Below, piece after piece: positions 31,639-48,155 of a DNA stretch of 64,000 nucleotides; position 1 is the first letter of the stretch, and every line of letters starts with the position of its first letter. The DNA comes from the human T2T-CHM13v2.0 reference genome, Homo sapiens. The notes below the pieces were generated by a model, which worked only from the letters and a program-made list of their open reading frames with translations, made no database searches and was not told where the DNA came from. The translations under genes and the position numbers were made by a program. The stretch lies in the NCBI RefSeq assembly GCF_009914755.1, contig NC_060947.1. The stretch is one strand, 5' to 3'.

Positions 31639-33971
31639 GGTGAGTGAATAGGAGAGAGTTATTCATGAAAGATCACTGAGCCAGGATTAAGAAAGCATGC
31701 TTTCCCTACAGAGACTACCAGTGTGTTATTATGTGAACTCAGGCTAATGATTTAATTTCTTAGTTCATTTATTTCTCTTATTAAAATCGGAACTGACTAT
31801 GCCTTTCTGCAAACTAGTTAACTGTACTTGCTACAGCACTAAGCACAAATAAATCACTCATTAATACCTGTAGGTTAATGGAGTGATCCATGGGGAAGTT
31901 ACATGTGGAAATGATGAGGGCATTTTAAATCCCTAGGATAAAAGCTTCCACTGCATTTAATGTAAGGTACTATACCTCACCATAGTACTGTCTTCAGAAT
32001 CTTATATTTTTAGCATTTTAGTAATGAAACCTCTAAGAATGAGAGTCATGTTCTTTTCAACATTTTAGCATTTCAGTCTAATATGGAAGCACTATACTCA
32101 GGAGTCAGCTTAGGAGACCTGTGCAAAGAAAGTCGGACACTGAGATGCTTTTATGCTCTGCTTTAGAAACATATCTCATAGCGAGATAAAGTAATAACAG
32201 TAATTTCCTTGTGTGACTCATAAACTGATCCTGGAGGCAGTTGCAAGAAAGAGTTCTACATATTGCTAGAATAACTGCATAGCTTCTGTAACCATATTTA
32301 CTGGACCCCAAATCACAACACATAGTTTGACCAAGGATTTTTCCTGATTTATAAATATCTGTGAAAAGTCTTACAAAATTATTAAGATTAAGTAATATCT
32401 CACTCTACCTTTAACTAATCACCTTTATTGAGAATAATAAAATTATAGAACATCTGGATTGTCTGTCCTGGACAATTTGGAACTGATAATTACCATGTGT
32501 ACAGCCAAAATGATTATCTTGAAGAGGACAAAATTCCTTTAAATGCAATTAGGCTTGCATATTTATTTAAACACTAGTCTTACTCTCTTACAGTCGTACC
32601 TTGTATTAAAGTATATAAGATGCCCTAAAAAGAGAATAATCACCAAATGAATCTATTGCTTTCTTCCCCTGAGTTAACAGATTGCTACAATAGGTAATAA
32701 TTCCATGTTCCTCTGTATTAGAAAAAGGTAGTTACTAATAGACAATGGTACAGTTGTTATTTAACCACACCTATATAATCAGACAAAATGGCTCAGTGTA
32801 CATCTCTCATTTGGCATAATAGTGATCTTTGTCACTGAACTTTAGATATATCAAATGATATATCTAATTTATTTTTAGGAAATAGATATCTTGATTTTCC
32901 CTTGATATTTACATAGCTATGGGAGACCATTATCCCTGGGATAATACTTCTTTTTTAACTGCCAATTTCTTAAAAATAACAAATGCATCTCCCGGCCCTT
33001 TTAAGTTTCTTATTTTGGAGGTCAGAATTCAGCTTTTCTTTTTGTTATAGTCAGCATGTTAGATATTTTTGCCTCTAAGGAGTTTCAGCTTCTCCATATC
33101 CCCTTGTGGTCTCCATGTGTACTATACTAGGTTTCTTATTTTCAGTGAGTTGAAATCACTGCTGCTGGACATGCCAATTCTTTTCTCTCACTGTGAACGA
33201 GCCTCAAGCTTGAGGAAGGTAGAGCATGGATGAGTGGCAATTCACAAGCCAGAAGAACCTATCTGGGCCTGCTTCCACCACCTTGGTGCTTGCCAAATTC
33301 TCAGGCCCCTCAGAGGTAGGCCCCATAACTACCGAATTGGCCAATGTTTGGGAGTTTTCCCAGATTTAATTTGAATGACGGGCCACTTTCCACAAATACA
33401 CAGTACCAGCAGGCTGATCAAAGACATTATCCTCTCTAGTCCTTTTAAGATTAAAGAGATTCAGTTTGTATCCAAATGATGAGTGCCTTCCAAAATAGAT
33501 GGCTATGAGTAGAAGAGTGGGAAAAAATCTCATTATTATTTAGTTCTTTGTGATTACTTTTAGCCAAAATAGAACTGACAGCCTTGGAAATACTACTAGA
33601 AGCATAAATTAGGCAACATATCTTATTATCATACAAACTTAGTATTATGCTGATATTACAACACTGCCAATCAGATTGGAAACTCAGTTCTCACCTAGTG
33701 TGTAGAAAGGAACATTATTTTTTTTGTTGTGAATCTCTCTTCTGTAATGTTCGGAAAAATCCAGGAGGTACTCTTTTCAGTTCTTTTGGCTACATCTCTC
33801 TATCCTATTCTAAAGCCACCTCTCAAAGAGCATTGCAAGGGGCCTCCTCAGAAAAAAGGAGAGGGTGTACTCTGAGACTGTGTTGCCATATCAACTCAAG
33901 ATAATTTGAAAATGAAAACCAAACAAACAAAGCAGGATAGGGTTTGCGTGTTGGTGGTCATGTTGAGGCTT

Positions 33972-34622
33972 TGTAGGGGCCAAAGAGGGAAGTTCTCCTT
34001 TGCCCTATGAGGGTTTCCTGAAAATCACTGACAAGAGGCAGGTGAATATGAGAAAAGGCATACAAATTTATTTAATATACATGTATGAGAGCCTTCAGAA
34101 TGAAGACCCAAAGATACAGGGCAAATTGTCCATTTTTATGCTTAGGTTCAACAAACTATGGATAGCCATGTAGATGTATGATTGGATAAAAAGGGCATGA
34201 TCTAATGCTAATAGACTGAGTGGGGAAACCAAGGAAGGCCTGTCTGTCTAGCTTCTTCTTGGCTTCTCTGAGCAAGCATTCCTTCCTTCTGGGTGTCGGG
34301 CAGGGCCCTCTCTGGAATGGGGATCTTAGGACCTATGGTCAAACAAGGTAAGTCAGATGATTTCTTTATGGCCAGCTTTTACACAGAAAGGCGGAGGGAA
34401 AATTAGAGTAGCATTTTTAGGTTTTATGACTGGCTTTCAGGAAAAGAGGTTATGGTTTTTCTGACCCTCCTTGGGGAAGAGGGATTCTAGTTTCTATGGC
34501 TAGCCTTGAGGGAGAAGGGGACAGAGAGACAGGAGAGCAGGACAAAGTCAGAGAAAAACTTCTGCTTCTGAGGATGCTGCTGAGGCCTTCATTTTGGGGT
34601 ATTGTTTTCTGAGCCCAAATCA
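33972..34622 (-). mobile_element. MER39-like ERV1 solo LTR
   Basis: Minus strand begins 'tgatttgggctcagaaaacaataccccaaaatgaaggcctcag' and has 'aataaatttgtatgccttttctc' near its end; TG..CA termini. Confidence 0.8.
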
Positions 34623-35069
34623 CTTCAAATGCTCCACTTCAACCTTCATCAAATCCACCAGCTTCATTCATTTTTTTTTCAACATATGTTTTTCCAGTAT
34701 ATTTAAACAATCAAACTTGATGGATAGTTTGCATTCTTTTCTGGACCCTAATTTCCTTGCTTCCAAATTTGCAAGAAGCTAGAACTGACTGATAGGGGTA
34801 AGACTGAATAGAAAAACACTATTTGTCAATAAAATTGCTGTATATATACCATACTTCTACTAAATACTGCACTCAAACACTGAATCCTTGATATAAAATG
34901 TTCTCAGGCTGCATAGTGTTTTGAACCCTGAGGTTGTGTGCATGAGTATCCAAAAATGCTTGCAATGTCAAATAATTTTGTAATCCTCCCTAGGTAGATC
35001 CAGAGAGTAACCGGTTAATAGGTGGGTGGCACAATGTGTCAGTTGAAGGAGACAGCTGAGCTGTAGAAG

Positions 35070-35290
35070 CTGTGTGGTGTCATTAATAAGAGAACATGGA
35101 CTTTTGACTCAGACAGCTGGCCTGTGGCAAGTTATTTAACGTGTCTGTGAGGCAGTTTCTTTAGATGGAAAACACATATCATTGCTGCTTCGAAGGGCCA
35201 CATAGAAGATTAATATAGGAAGTGTTTACAAAATATCTAGCACTGTGCTTGGAACATACTGGGTGTTCAAGAAAAGGTGCTTGTTATCTG
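35070..35290 (+). mobile_element. MIR
   Basis: 'aagagaacatggacttttgactcagacagctgg..ggcaagttatttaacgtgtctgtgaggcagtttc'. Confidence 0.75.
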
Positions 35291-35389
35291 AAAACCAAGG
35301 CTCTAGAAAACTTTAATATGCGCTTATTTAAAACAAATACAATTTTTATTTTCTAAGGGTGCTCAGGTTATACGACTATATTTGATATG

Positions 35390-35560
35390 AAAAATAACCC
35401 TGTTATATAGGAAATGTACTTATTATATTCTCATTTACAAGTGACAAAACTGAGAGCCCAAAATGTATGCAACTTTCCCAAAGTAATCCAGTTAGCAAGT
35501 GGGAGACAGGACTAAAATGTGGGTGTTTTTGCTCCCAGTCAAGTGCTGTCTCAATGGTAC
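35390..35560 (-). mobile_element. MIR
   Basis: 'ctcatttacaagtgacaaaactgagagcc..aactttcccaaagtaatccagttagcaagtgg'. Confidence 0.7.
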
Positions 35561-35924
35561 AGAAGACTCATGAGTTCAGAGGAATGAAAATACAAGGGAG
35601 AAAGGAAAAAAAAACAATTATAATGGAAGATAAATCAGTTATTTATAATCATTTTGTATTTTTCAAAGAAGCGTTGATCCTAAGGAGGGTCCTTTGGAAA
35701 TATTTACAGTATTATTCGTGAAGCTAAAAGAATAAGAAAAAACTAAATTGCTCTGCATAAGAAAAGGGCAAACTCTTAGAAGTAGAATGTGCTTGATTTA
35801 GGAGGCCAAAGCCAGTAGGGCAGGCCAGATGTGGGTGCTGGTAGTTGAAGGAAAACTTTGGAGGAAAAGGAGAGATGCCTCATTGATATGTTTTTCTTCT
35901 TTTTTTAAAAAACAAATTATTTAT

Positions 35925-36065
35925 TTAGGTTTTATTTTTTTAATTGATGCATTGTAATTGTACATGTATATGCAGTAAAATTTGATGTTTCCATACCTAT
36001 CTATGTTTTATAATGATCAATTCAGGGTATTTAGTGTATTCATCACCTCATGCATTTATCATTTT
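35925..36065 (-). mobile_element. L1MA 3' terminal fragment
   Basis: 'ttttttaattga..taattgtacatgtatatg..taatgatcaattcagggtatttagtgtattcatcacctca'. Confidence 0.7.
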
Positions 36066-36384
36066 GAATTTTTTAAATAATTTTGTTTTTTGGGTGTGAT
36101 ATAACCCTAAATTCACTCTCCTAACAAATCATTAGCAAAATATTAATTTCTTAATAATGGTAGGAGAGTAGATTTTCTTTGTCAGGCTGAAGAAAATGCC
36201 AAGATATATTGCAGAGTTAGTTGGAATAATTTCTATCTTCTTTCCATACCAGTCACATCTAACTTGCAAATCAGTAGATTGCCATCTTTTAACCTTTCAA
36301 GAAAATTAAGAGTATTTTAAATGCCTTTGTATGTTCTCTAGCAGAAAGCCTCCATAAATTCTAATATGCACAATGGCTAAACCA

Positions 36385-36689
36385 GTGATATGAAGGAGTG
36401 AGGCAGGCTGAGTGGAGGGTGTATGCTTCATCCAAAGGGGACTGCCTCAACTCAGACCAGGCAGATGGCTTCTGTACGGAACTGAGTGTTGCCAGATCTT
36501 CTGATTTTCTTCAAAAGCAAAGAAACAAACCGATGATCTGAATTTTTACGTGAAATTTTCTGATTTTAAAATATCTACCATGTTTTAAAAACAAAATGAA
36601 ATAAATGAGCAAACAGAAAACATTGTACTGGCCAAAGGAAATAATCTACAAGCTGGATCTGCCTCTGGACCACCTGTTTGCAACTTCTG
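36385..36689 (-). mobile_element. MER102-like hAT-Charlie DNA transposon
   Basis: 'agtgttgccagatcttctgattttc..tttttacgtgaaattttctgattttaaaat..cacctgtttgcaacttctg'. Confidence 0.7.
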
Positions 36690-36769
36690 CCAGCAGTCCC
36701 AATACTTCCACATGCTACAAATTAAATGTGAAAAGCACTGGTATACATACATCCTAAACACCCCAGGCT

Positions 36770-36890
36770 AAGGATTTAATAAGTAATTGTATAACCTATC
36801 CTCTCTGTACCTAAATTCCCTCATCTGGAAAATTGGAAAAATCATTGTGCTTTCCTTATACGATTGTTGTAAGGATTAAATATATTAGTG
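36770..36890 (+). mobile_element. MIR fragment
   Basis: 'ctctctgtacctaaattccctcatctggaaaattgg..gttgtaaggattaaat'. Confidence 0.7.
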
Positions 36891-37270
36891 CATTACTCTC
36901 TTCATTCACCTCTCGTCCGTCTTCTACAATCACTCAAAGTCTGAATTTACCTCTAGTTAATCTCTAAGCAATAGTTACATGGCTAACCAACAGTAACTAG
37001 ATGCAAATGGGAACAGTCTTTATGCCTTTTTCTTTTTAATGCTTTCCTTTACTCCCCAGTGCTGGTCAAGACCTAAGTTATGGTTTTGACTAGTACCATG
37101 TCTCTCCAAATCTTCCTAAGGCCACAGGTAAATTTCTAACTGAGCTGCAGCAGAGGGTTTCTTGCTAGTGTTCCTATTACATAATGCTATGAAAAAGAGC
37201 TTTTTGCAGGCACTGCTTTAATCTCACTGCTTTAGAACTAAAAATTCAATATTTGTTCTTCAGCCACTAC

Positions 37271-37332
37271 TTAAAACCAAGCCACTTTTGTGGTTTTCAG
37301 ATTTTTGAAAAACACAAGTGGCTTGGTCTTAA
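37271..37332. repeat. Imperfect inverted repeat (hairpin, MITE-like)
   Basis: ttaaaaccaagccacttttgtggttttca pairs with tgaaaaacacaagtggcttggtcttaa. Confidence 0.85.
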
Positions 37333-37419
37333 TTAGCAGCTTACAAAAATAAATGCTCACATGAATTCAAATAACACCAGTCAAATCCACCCAACCACAT
37401 ATAACTACTGCATTTTACT

Positions 37420-38180
37420 TGCTGTATAAACAATCTGCTTCTATCACACATTATTGTGTTGTAGACATTTTTCTAGTCAGTGAATTTCACTCAATAAATA
37501 AAAACAGCATAATATGTAAATAGGTTTCTAACCTTCTCTTATGTCATGATTTATTTAACCAAACATCTATAAATAAGCATTTAGGTAGTCCCATTTCTTT
37601 GCATTTTTAAGCAATGTAAGGGCTACTATTTTTATATATAATTTTTTTTCCTGATAATTATTTTCTGGAGCTATATTTCAGAAAAGGAATTGCTTCATGA
37701 GTATTTATACATAGGTTAAATTTTTATACTTGCTGAAACATTGCTTCCTGGAAAATATATTTTGTAACTCCAAGAGGGCAAGAATGACTGTATACTTTTC
37801 TATATTCTCACCAATACTGGATATTGTAATTTTCCCTGTTAGGAGTTTATCTTTGCAAGGCTTATAAAAGACAAATGATATCTCATTGCTGGTTTTTTGT
37901 TCGGATTTTTTTGTTTGTTTTGGTTTGTTTTTTGCATTTCTTCAATTATTTGGTCAAATATCTTTTCCCATTATTTCAGCAAAATTTTTTTTGGTTTTAA
38001 TTATGAATTGTCTGTCCCTGCTCTCTGCAAACATTTCTATTAGAACATTCATCTTTTCCTTGTTTATTTATAAGGATGCCTTTTATTAAATCCACTGTTT
38101 GACATATATATATTACAACTATTTATGCAAATATATTTCCTTTTGTCAATTTTCCATCAATTTATGGGAAGCATGTTGCT
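37420..38180 (-). mobile_element. L1ME-like degraded 3' region
   Basis: 'atttatttaaccaa..catttaggtagt..tctcaccaatactggatatt..aaatgatatctcattg'. Confidence 0.6.
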
Positions 38181-38209
38181 TGAAGAATAGTGACTATCAT
38201 AATAAGTAA

Positions 38210-38430
38210 AAATCAACATTATAGCCTTTATATAGCCATTATAGGCACTGTTCTAAGTTAATTACATGGATTCACTCATAATCCTGTCTACAAACCTACT
38301 ATGATTATTTTTATTTTCAGATGAGGAAATTGAAGTGCAAGGAAGGTAGGTGACTTGACCAAGGTTTTATAGCGACTCTGCTGGACTTGAAACAAAATGA
38401 TCTGGAAACACTCCATGCTCTTAAGCACTT
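38210..38430 (-). mobile_element. MIR
   Basis: 'taggcactgttctaag..ttttcagatgaggaaattgaag..gtgacttgaccaagg'. Confidence 0.8.
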
Positions 38431-38516
38431 TCAAAGATAAAGCCAGACATCACTAAAATGGTAAGGGCAGATTTTTTTCAGTAGTACTATTGCAGTGGGG
38501 AAAAGAGTGAGCTGAA

Positions 38517-38705
38517 CTTTGCCCATCTTTTGATTGTATTATTAGATTTTTTTTCCTATAGACTTGTGTGAGCTCCTTATATATTTGGGTTATTAGATCC
38601 TGACAGATAGGTAGTTTGAAAATATTCTCTCCTGTTCTGTGGGGTTTTTTCTCATTGTTGATTGTATCCTTTGCTGTGCAGATGCTAACTTGAAGTGATC
38701 TCATT
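38517..38705 (-). mobile_element. L1MA ORF2 3' fragment
   Basis: 'tttgcccatcttttgattgtattattagattttttttcctatagacttgtgtgagctccttatatat'; peptide IYKELTQVYRKK. Confidence 0.8.
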
Positions 38706-38775
38706 TATATTTACTTATACATATCAAATATATGGAAAATTGTATATCTCAAATCTCAGTATTTAAGGTGTTGAG

Positions 38776-39087
<312 letters not shown>

Positions 39088-40205
39088 AAGATTCTTTTCA
39101 TTTTTTGTTGGCTTGATTGATTAATAACAGTGAAATATATGTGTTAAAGCCACTAAACACTATTATATATTTTTTCTCTTTTCTATTTTCTTTTAAACAC
39201 CAGTACATATTTTTTATCTCTTTATTCTTAGAATTTTAAAATTTGTGTTTGGAACCAATATGAACTCCACAAATGTAGTGTGTAGATGAAGTTAAATATC
39301 TTTCATTTAGTTACTGGAATCCCACACATTTGATCAGCAGCAGACCTACTATTAACTGATGGTACCTCCATTCCTTAAGTGTATAAAAGCTCCAAGGACC
39401 TTACTTAGTTCAGCCCCAAAAATCAAATTAGGAAAATGAAAGGATTACTGATTGGGCCACTATTTCCATTGCCTTTTATTGCCACAAAATTATAATGCAT
39501 AGGGTTGTTCCTCTAATTATAAGTAGACGTTTGTACAGTGGCTTAAGAAAAGTAATTATTACTGAAATATTTAACATTAATTGAGTGCTTACTATAACTG
39601 ATGAAAACTGTAATACACACTTTACATCAAATGAATCCAATATCTGAACAGCCACTGTATAAAAACACCATATTACTATTTGAATTCTAAGCTCAACCAA
39701 AAAGGCCAGGCATATAGGGTTTTAAGTTTACAGATCTTAATGCCCAGCTCTTAGATTTCATAAGCCCAGACACCATTCAGAGCATCAGCATGTTCTGGGA
39801 AAAATATGTCTGGACTGTTTCCAGTCCCTGTTCTTTCATGGACCTAGAACTGCTTTCCCCTTTGAAGATCCACCCTAAGGAATCATGTAGGTTCGTTTTT
39901 AGGCCTTCAAAGGTATCAAAGATAGTGGAGTACAGGTATTTCTACCTTATTCTCCTCCTTGAAATTAATTACATACACAAAAAAGAAAGACAAAAAACAT
40001 ATTTATAGCAGAGAATGTGTCACATCTAGAACATATAAAACAAAAACCTTCTATTATATGAATTTTAAAAGAAGCAGTTTATTTGAAATACTATTTCAAA
40101 GAAAATATTTAAGGGTTCCAAAAGGACAAGATAAGAAAACAGGAGGACTTAAGTTACAAGCTGGTAGAGAACAGGAAAAAAAGAAAGAAACAAATAAAAA
40201 TGATT

Positions 40206-40309
40206 GTTTTTTTTTTTTTTTGCTGCTTCTTATCTAGCTTTTATTTTAAGCCTCTTATCTAACTTAAAATAAAAGCTAGATAAGGAGCAGCAAAAAAGAA
40301 AAAAAAAAC
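40206..40309. repeat. Near-perfect inverted duplication (about 45-bp arms, 12-nt spacer)
   Basis: (t)n-gctgcttcttatctagcttttattttaag pairs with cttaaaataaaagctagataaggagcagc-(a)n. Confidence 0.95.
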
Positions 40310-40597
40310 TATAGCTGAAAACATAGTTAAGGATGTGGAAGACTAGAACAAGGAGAATGAACAAATCAAATGAAAAAGATTTTTAAAAATGTAAAGTTTC
40401 TGTGGACATGATAGCTAATTACGACAATTGAATTACACCATACACATAATTTTTGTACCTGAGAGTACAAAAATATATTTATAAAATATAAAAAATAATA
40501 TAATCAAAACTTCCAGAGACACAGGAATGACCAGGTCTTGAATTAAATGCATATTTCCATCATATAGTATTAAATGATAAGAGTCTATTAGGAGCAC

Positions 40598-40604
<7 letters not shown>

Positions 40605-40640
<36 letters not shown>
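40605..40640. repeat. (GT)18 microsatellite
   Basis: Direct reading. Confidence 0.97.
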
Positions 40641-40644
<4 letters not shown>

Positions 40645-41884
40645 ATTAAGGGGGGTTACTTCTGGTACTGGAAAACAGGAGTAGGAGGTAAACTCATTCT
40701 TATTGTATACGCTGTCAAACTGTTTGAAAATGTAACTACTTTGTGTGTTATTTTTATAATATTAATACCAAAATATCCCTAAATGTTAATTATGTCCCTC
40801 TTCCCTGCACATGAAAGTGACTAGTTTTTTGGGTTTGGGAGTTTTTTAATTAAAAAAAATTATAGCAAAGCTACCCTTAAGGGTTTGAATCTGATTTATC
40901 CTCATAAAGAGAATCTCATATTGGGATAAATTGAAATTCACTTCAATTTCCGGGTGCAGGCCTGAGGAAGTGGACTAGCACCTATTGAGGGAAGACATGA
41001 AGCCTTTCTGGATCTTTATCCTCTCTCTTCCTTATGGAACAATAGCCTTAAGCTACCAAAGCAACAGGACCAAATTCTGTTATACGCAGGCCACAGTTGA
41101 AGACCGATTGGGTCTCAGGGAATGGAATGGAAAAAAGCGAAAACAAAAAACCAAAATAAAGCAACAACAACAAGAGTATCTTTGAAGTAGGAATAAGAAC
41201 GTATCCTGGGCCCAAATTATGACAGATAACCTGTTGCCAGCAGAAGGAACAGGATCACTGAAATAACCCGTCTCCCAAACGCAGGAGCACAGTACCAAAC
41301 TAAGACTGAGGATGGACCAGAAGATCAGAGAATATCTCCCTGCCCCACACCAACAGGTTTCCCATTGTTAAACACCAAGCTAATGCCACCAATCAATCAT
41401 CTGGTGTTGCTAGGTGTTACCAATCTAGTAATACCAATCTAATGTTAGTACAGAGGCAAGAGCAAGACAGACTCTCTGAGGCAAAGGTGCAAACAGAAGA
41501 TATAAACCTGAGGATGGAACAAACATTGAAAGAAAAAAAATCAGTACACCAACCCCAACCTAAGCAGAAGATAACACCAGAAGATTTGGAGATTGGAGCA
41601 CTGAGGGTGCATGATGACAAAACCCAAATCTAGCTCAACTAAAAGCCTGGAAAAAGAATAGGCATGCTCACTTCAAGTCATAAACTATTTATTCTAATTT
41701 CTATCGCCTGACATAAAATGTCTGGTTTTCAACCGAAATACACACAATATACAAACAGGTTAAGGAAAACATAATGTCAAACATAAAACAACCAATAGAA
41801 CTAGATGGAAATGTGACTTAGGTGTTGGAACAAACAGACAAAGAATTTAAAATACTTATGAATAACATATTAAATGCTCTATTT

Positions 41885-42078
41885 CAGGGGTGAGCATACT
41901 TTTTCTGTAAATGGCCATGTAGGCCTTTTGGCCCCTATGGTCTCTGTCACAACTACTCAATTCAGCCATTGTAGCACAGAAGCAGCCACAGGCAATACAT
42001 AAATAAAAAGACATGGCTACGTCCCAATACAATTTTATTTGCAAAAACAGGTGGTGGTCTTCAGTTTGCCAATTCCTA
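41885..42078 (+). mobile_element. MER58A hAT-Charlie MITE
   Basis: 'caggggtgagcatactttttctgtaaatggcca..ggtctctgtcacaactactcaattcagccattgtagcacagaagcagccacaggcaat..agtttgccaattcct'. Confidence 0.88.
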
Positions 42079-42403
42079 TTCTAGTAGACAAGGTGGATGA
42101 ATAAATAGAGGGTTTTAGTAGAGAGATGAAAACTACAAAAAAGGATCAAGTGAAAATGCTAGAAATGAAAAATACAATCAAAGATATAAAAATATTTTCA
42201 ATAAACTCATCACTAGACTAGTCACAGTTAAAGAACAAATTCAGTGAACTTGAAGATCGGTCAATAAAAATTCACCAAACAGAAAAAAAGACTTACAATG
42301 ATCAGTTAACTAACCAACCAAACAAAAAACCTGCAGAGCATCTAAGAGCTTTGGGATAGTGGGACAATATCAAATGGTCTAACATTTTTGCAATTGGAAT
42401 CTT

Positions 42404-42508
42404 TTTTTGTGCTTTGTAGTTTTTTTTTTTTTTTGGCAGCTTATAAAATTATATCTTTTTTTAATTTTTAATTTTTGTGGTTACATAGTAGCTATATATA
42501 TTTATGGG
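42404..42508 (-). mobile_element. Tiny L1MA 3'-tip insertion with extra sequence and second T tract
   Basis: 'tttttaatttttgtggttacatagtagctatatatatttatggg'; TSD-like tgcaattggaatctt 42389-42403 / tgcaaccagaatctt 42509-42523. Confidence 0.7.
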
Positions 42509-43753
42509 TGCAACCAGAATCTTGGAAAGAAACTGGAGAGAGAATGTGGCAGAAAAATATTTGAAGAGATAATGGCCAAATGTTTTCCAAACATAAAATC
42601 ACCAATCCGCACATCCAAGAAACTCAGAGAACATGAAGCAAAATAAATACCAACAAAGAACACACCACAATCAAACCTGAAAACCAAAGATGAAGAGAAA
42701 ATCATGGCAGCCAGAGAAAAATGATACATACAGGAAGAGAATAACATATCAGATTTCTAGTCACAAACAATCCAAGGCTGAAGCCATTGTAAAGACATTT
42801 GTAAAGTGATAAAAAAGAAAATGACAATCAAGGATTCTATGCCAAATAAAATAACTTTCACAAAGACAGGAAAAATAAAGATTTTTTTTTCAGACAGACA
42901 AAAACTAAAAAAATCCATTGCCAGCACAATTATACTATAAAAAATTTTAAAGAAAATTCTTTAGGCAGAGCAATATGACACTAGATAGAGCAAACAGATA
43001 AAATATTAGAATTAACAAATGATCCACAAAGGTCCCTGGATCAAAAACCAATATAAAAAACTCTCTCTCACACACACACCAACATTAAAACTAAAAGTTT
43101 TTAAAAATCATTAATATAGTCCAAAAATCAAATGCTAGGAATAGATTTAACAAAAATTGTGCACAGCATCAACAGAGAACTATGAAACATTATACAAATT
43201 AAACAAGGCATGACCAGATTAAATGATAAATCTTGTTCTTGGATTGAAAAATTTAATATTCTAAAAATATAATTTTTAAAAAAAATCCATAGTTTCAATG
43301 CAATCCCAATTAAAGTGTCAAAAGTTATTTTCGTGTGTGGATATAGAGAAACTAACGAAAAAATTACATGGAAATAAGAAAGAATAATAACAGCTAAAAC
43401 AATCTTAAACACAGGTCTGAGATTATACTCTGTGGAACATTAAGGTTTATTACAAAACTACATTAATTAAACCATTGAGGCATTAGTGCAAAACTATACA
43501 ATGGCATAAAATGTAACAATCTAGAAACAGACCTGTGCATATTTATATATTTAAAGGTAGCACTAAACCCCAGTCTGCAAAGGGCTGTCTTTTAAATAAG
43601 ATGGTGCTAGGAAATTTAGATTTCTACCTTGGAAATGAAATGAATGTTGATCTCTACTACACAACACAAAATACATTCCAAATGTATCGCAGCCTTAAAT
43701 ATGGAAGGTAAAACAATGAGGTTTCTAGTAGATGACATAATAGAATTACTTCA

Positions 43754-44135
<382 letters not shown>

Positions 44136-44278
44136 TCATTAAAATTAAGACTATCTCTTCCTCTAAGTGCCACCTACATTAGGTATTTCTCCTAATGTTA
44201 TCCCTCCCCTAGACCCCCACCCCCACACAGACCCCGCTGTGTGATGTTCCCCTCCCTATGTCCATGTGTTTTCATTGT

Positions 44279-48092
<3,814 letters not shown>

Positions 48093-48155
48093 TATGATGC
48101 TAGCTGGTTGTTTTGCCCATTAGTTGATGCAGTTTCTTCATAGTGTCAACGGTCT

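Noticed and set aside
40870-40950. Small palindromes (acccttaagggt; atttatcc..ggataaat)
   Set aside because: Short arms in AT-rich sequence, plausibly chance.
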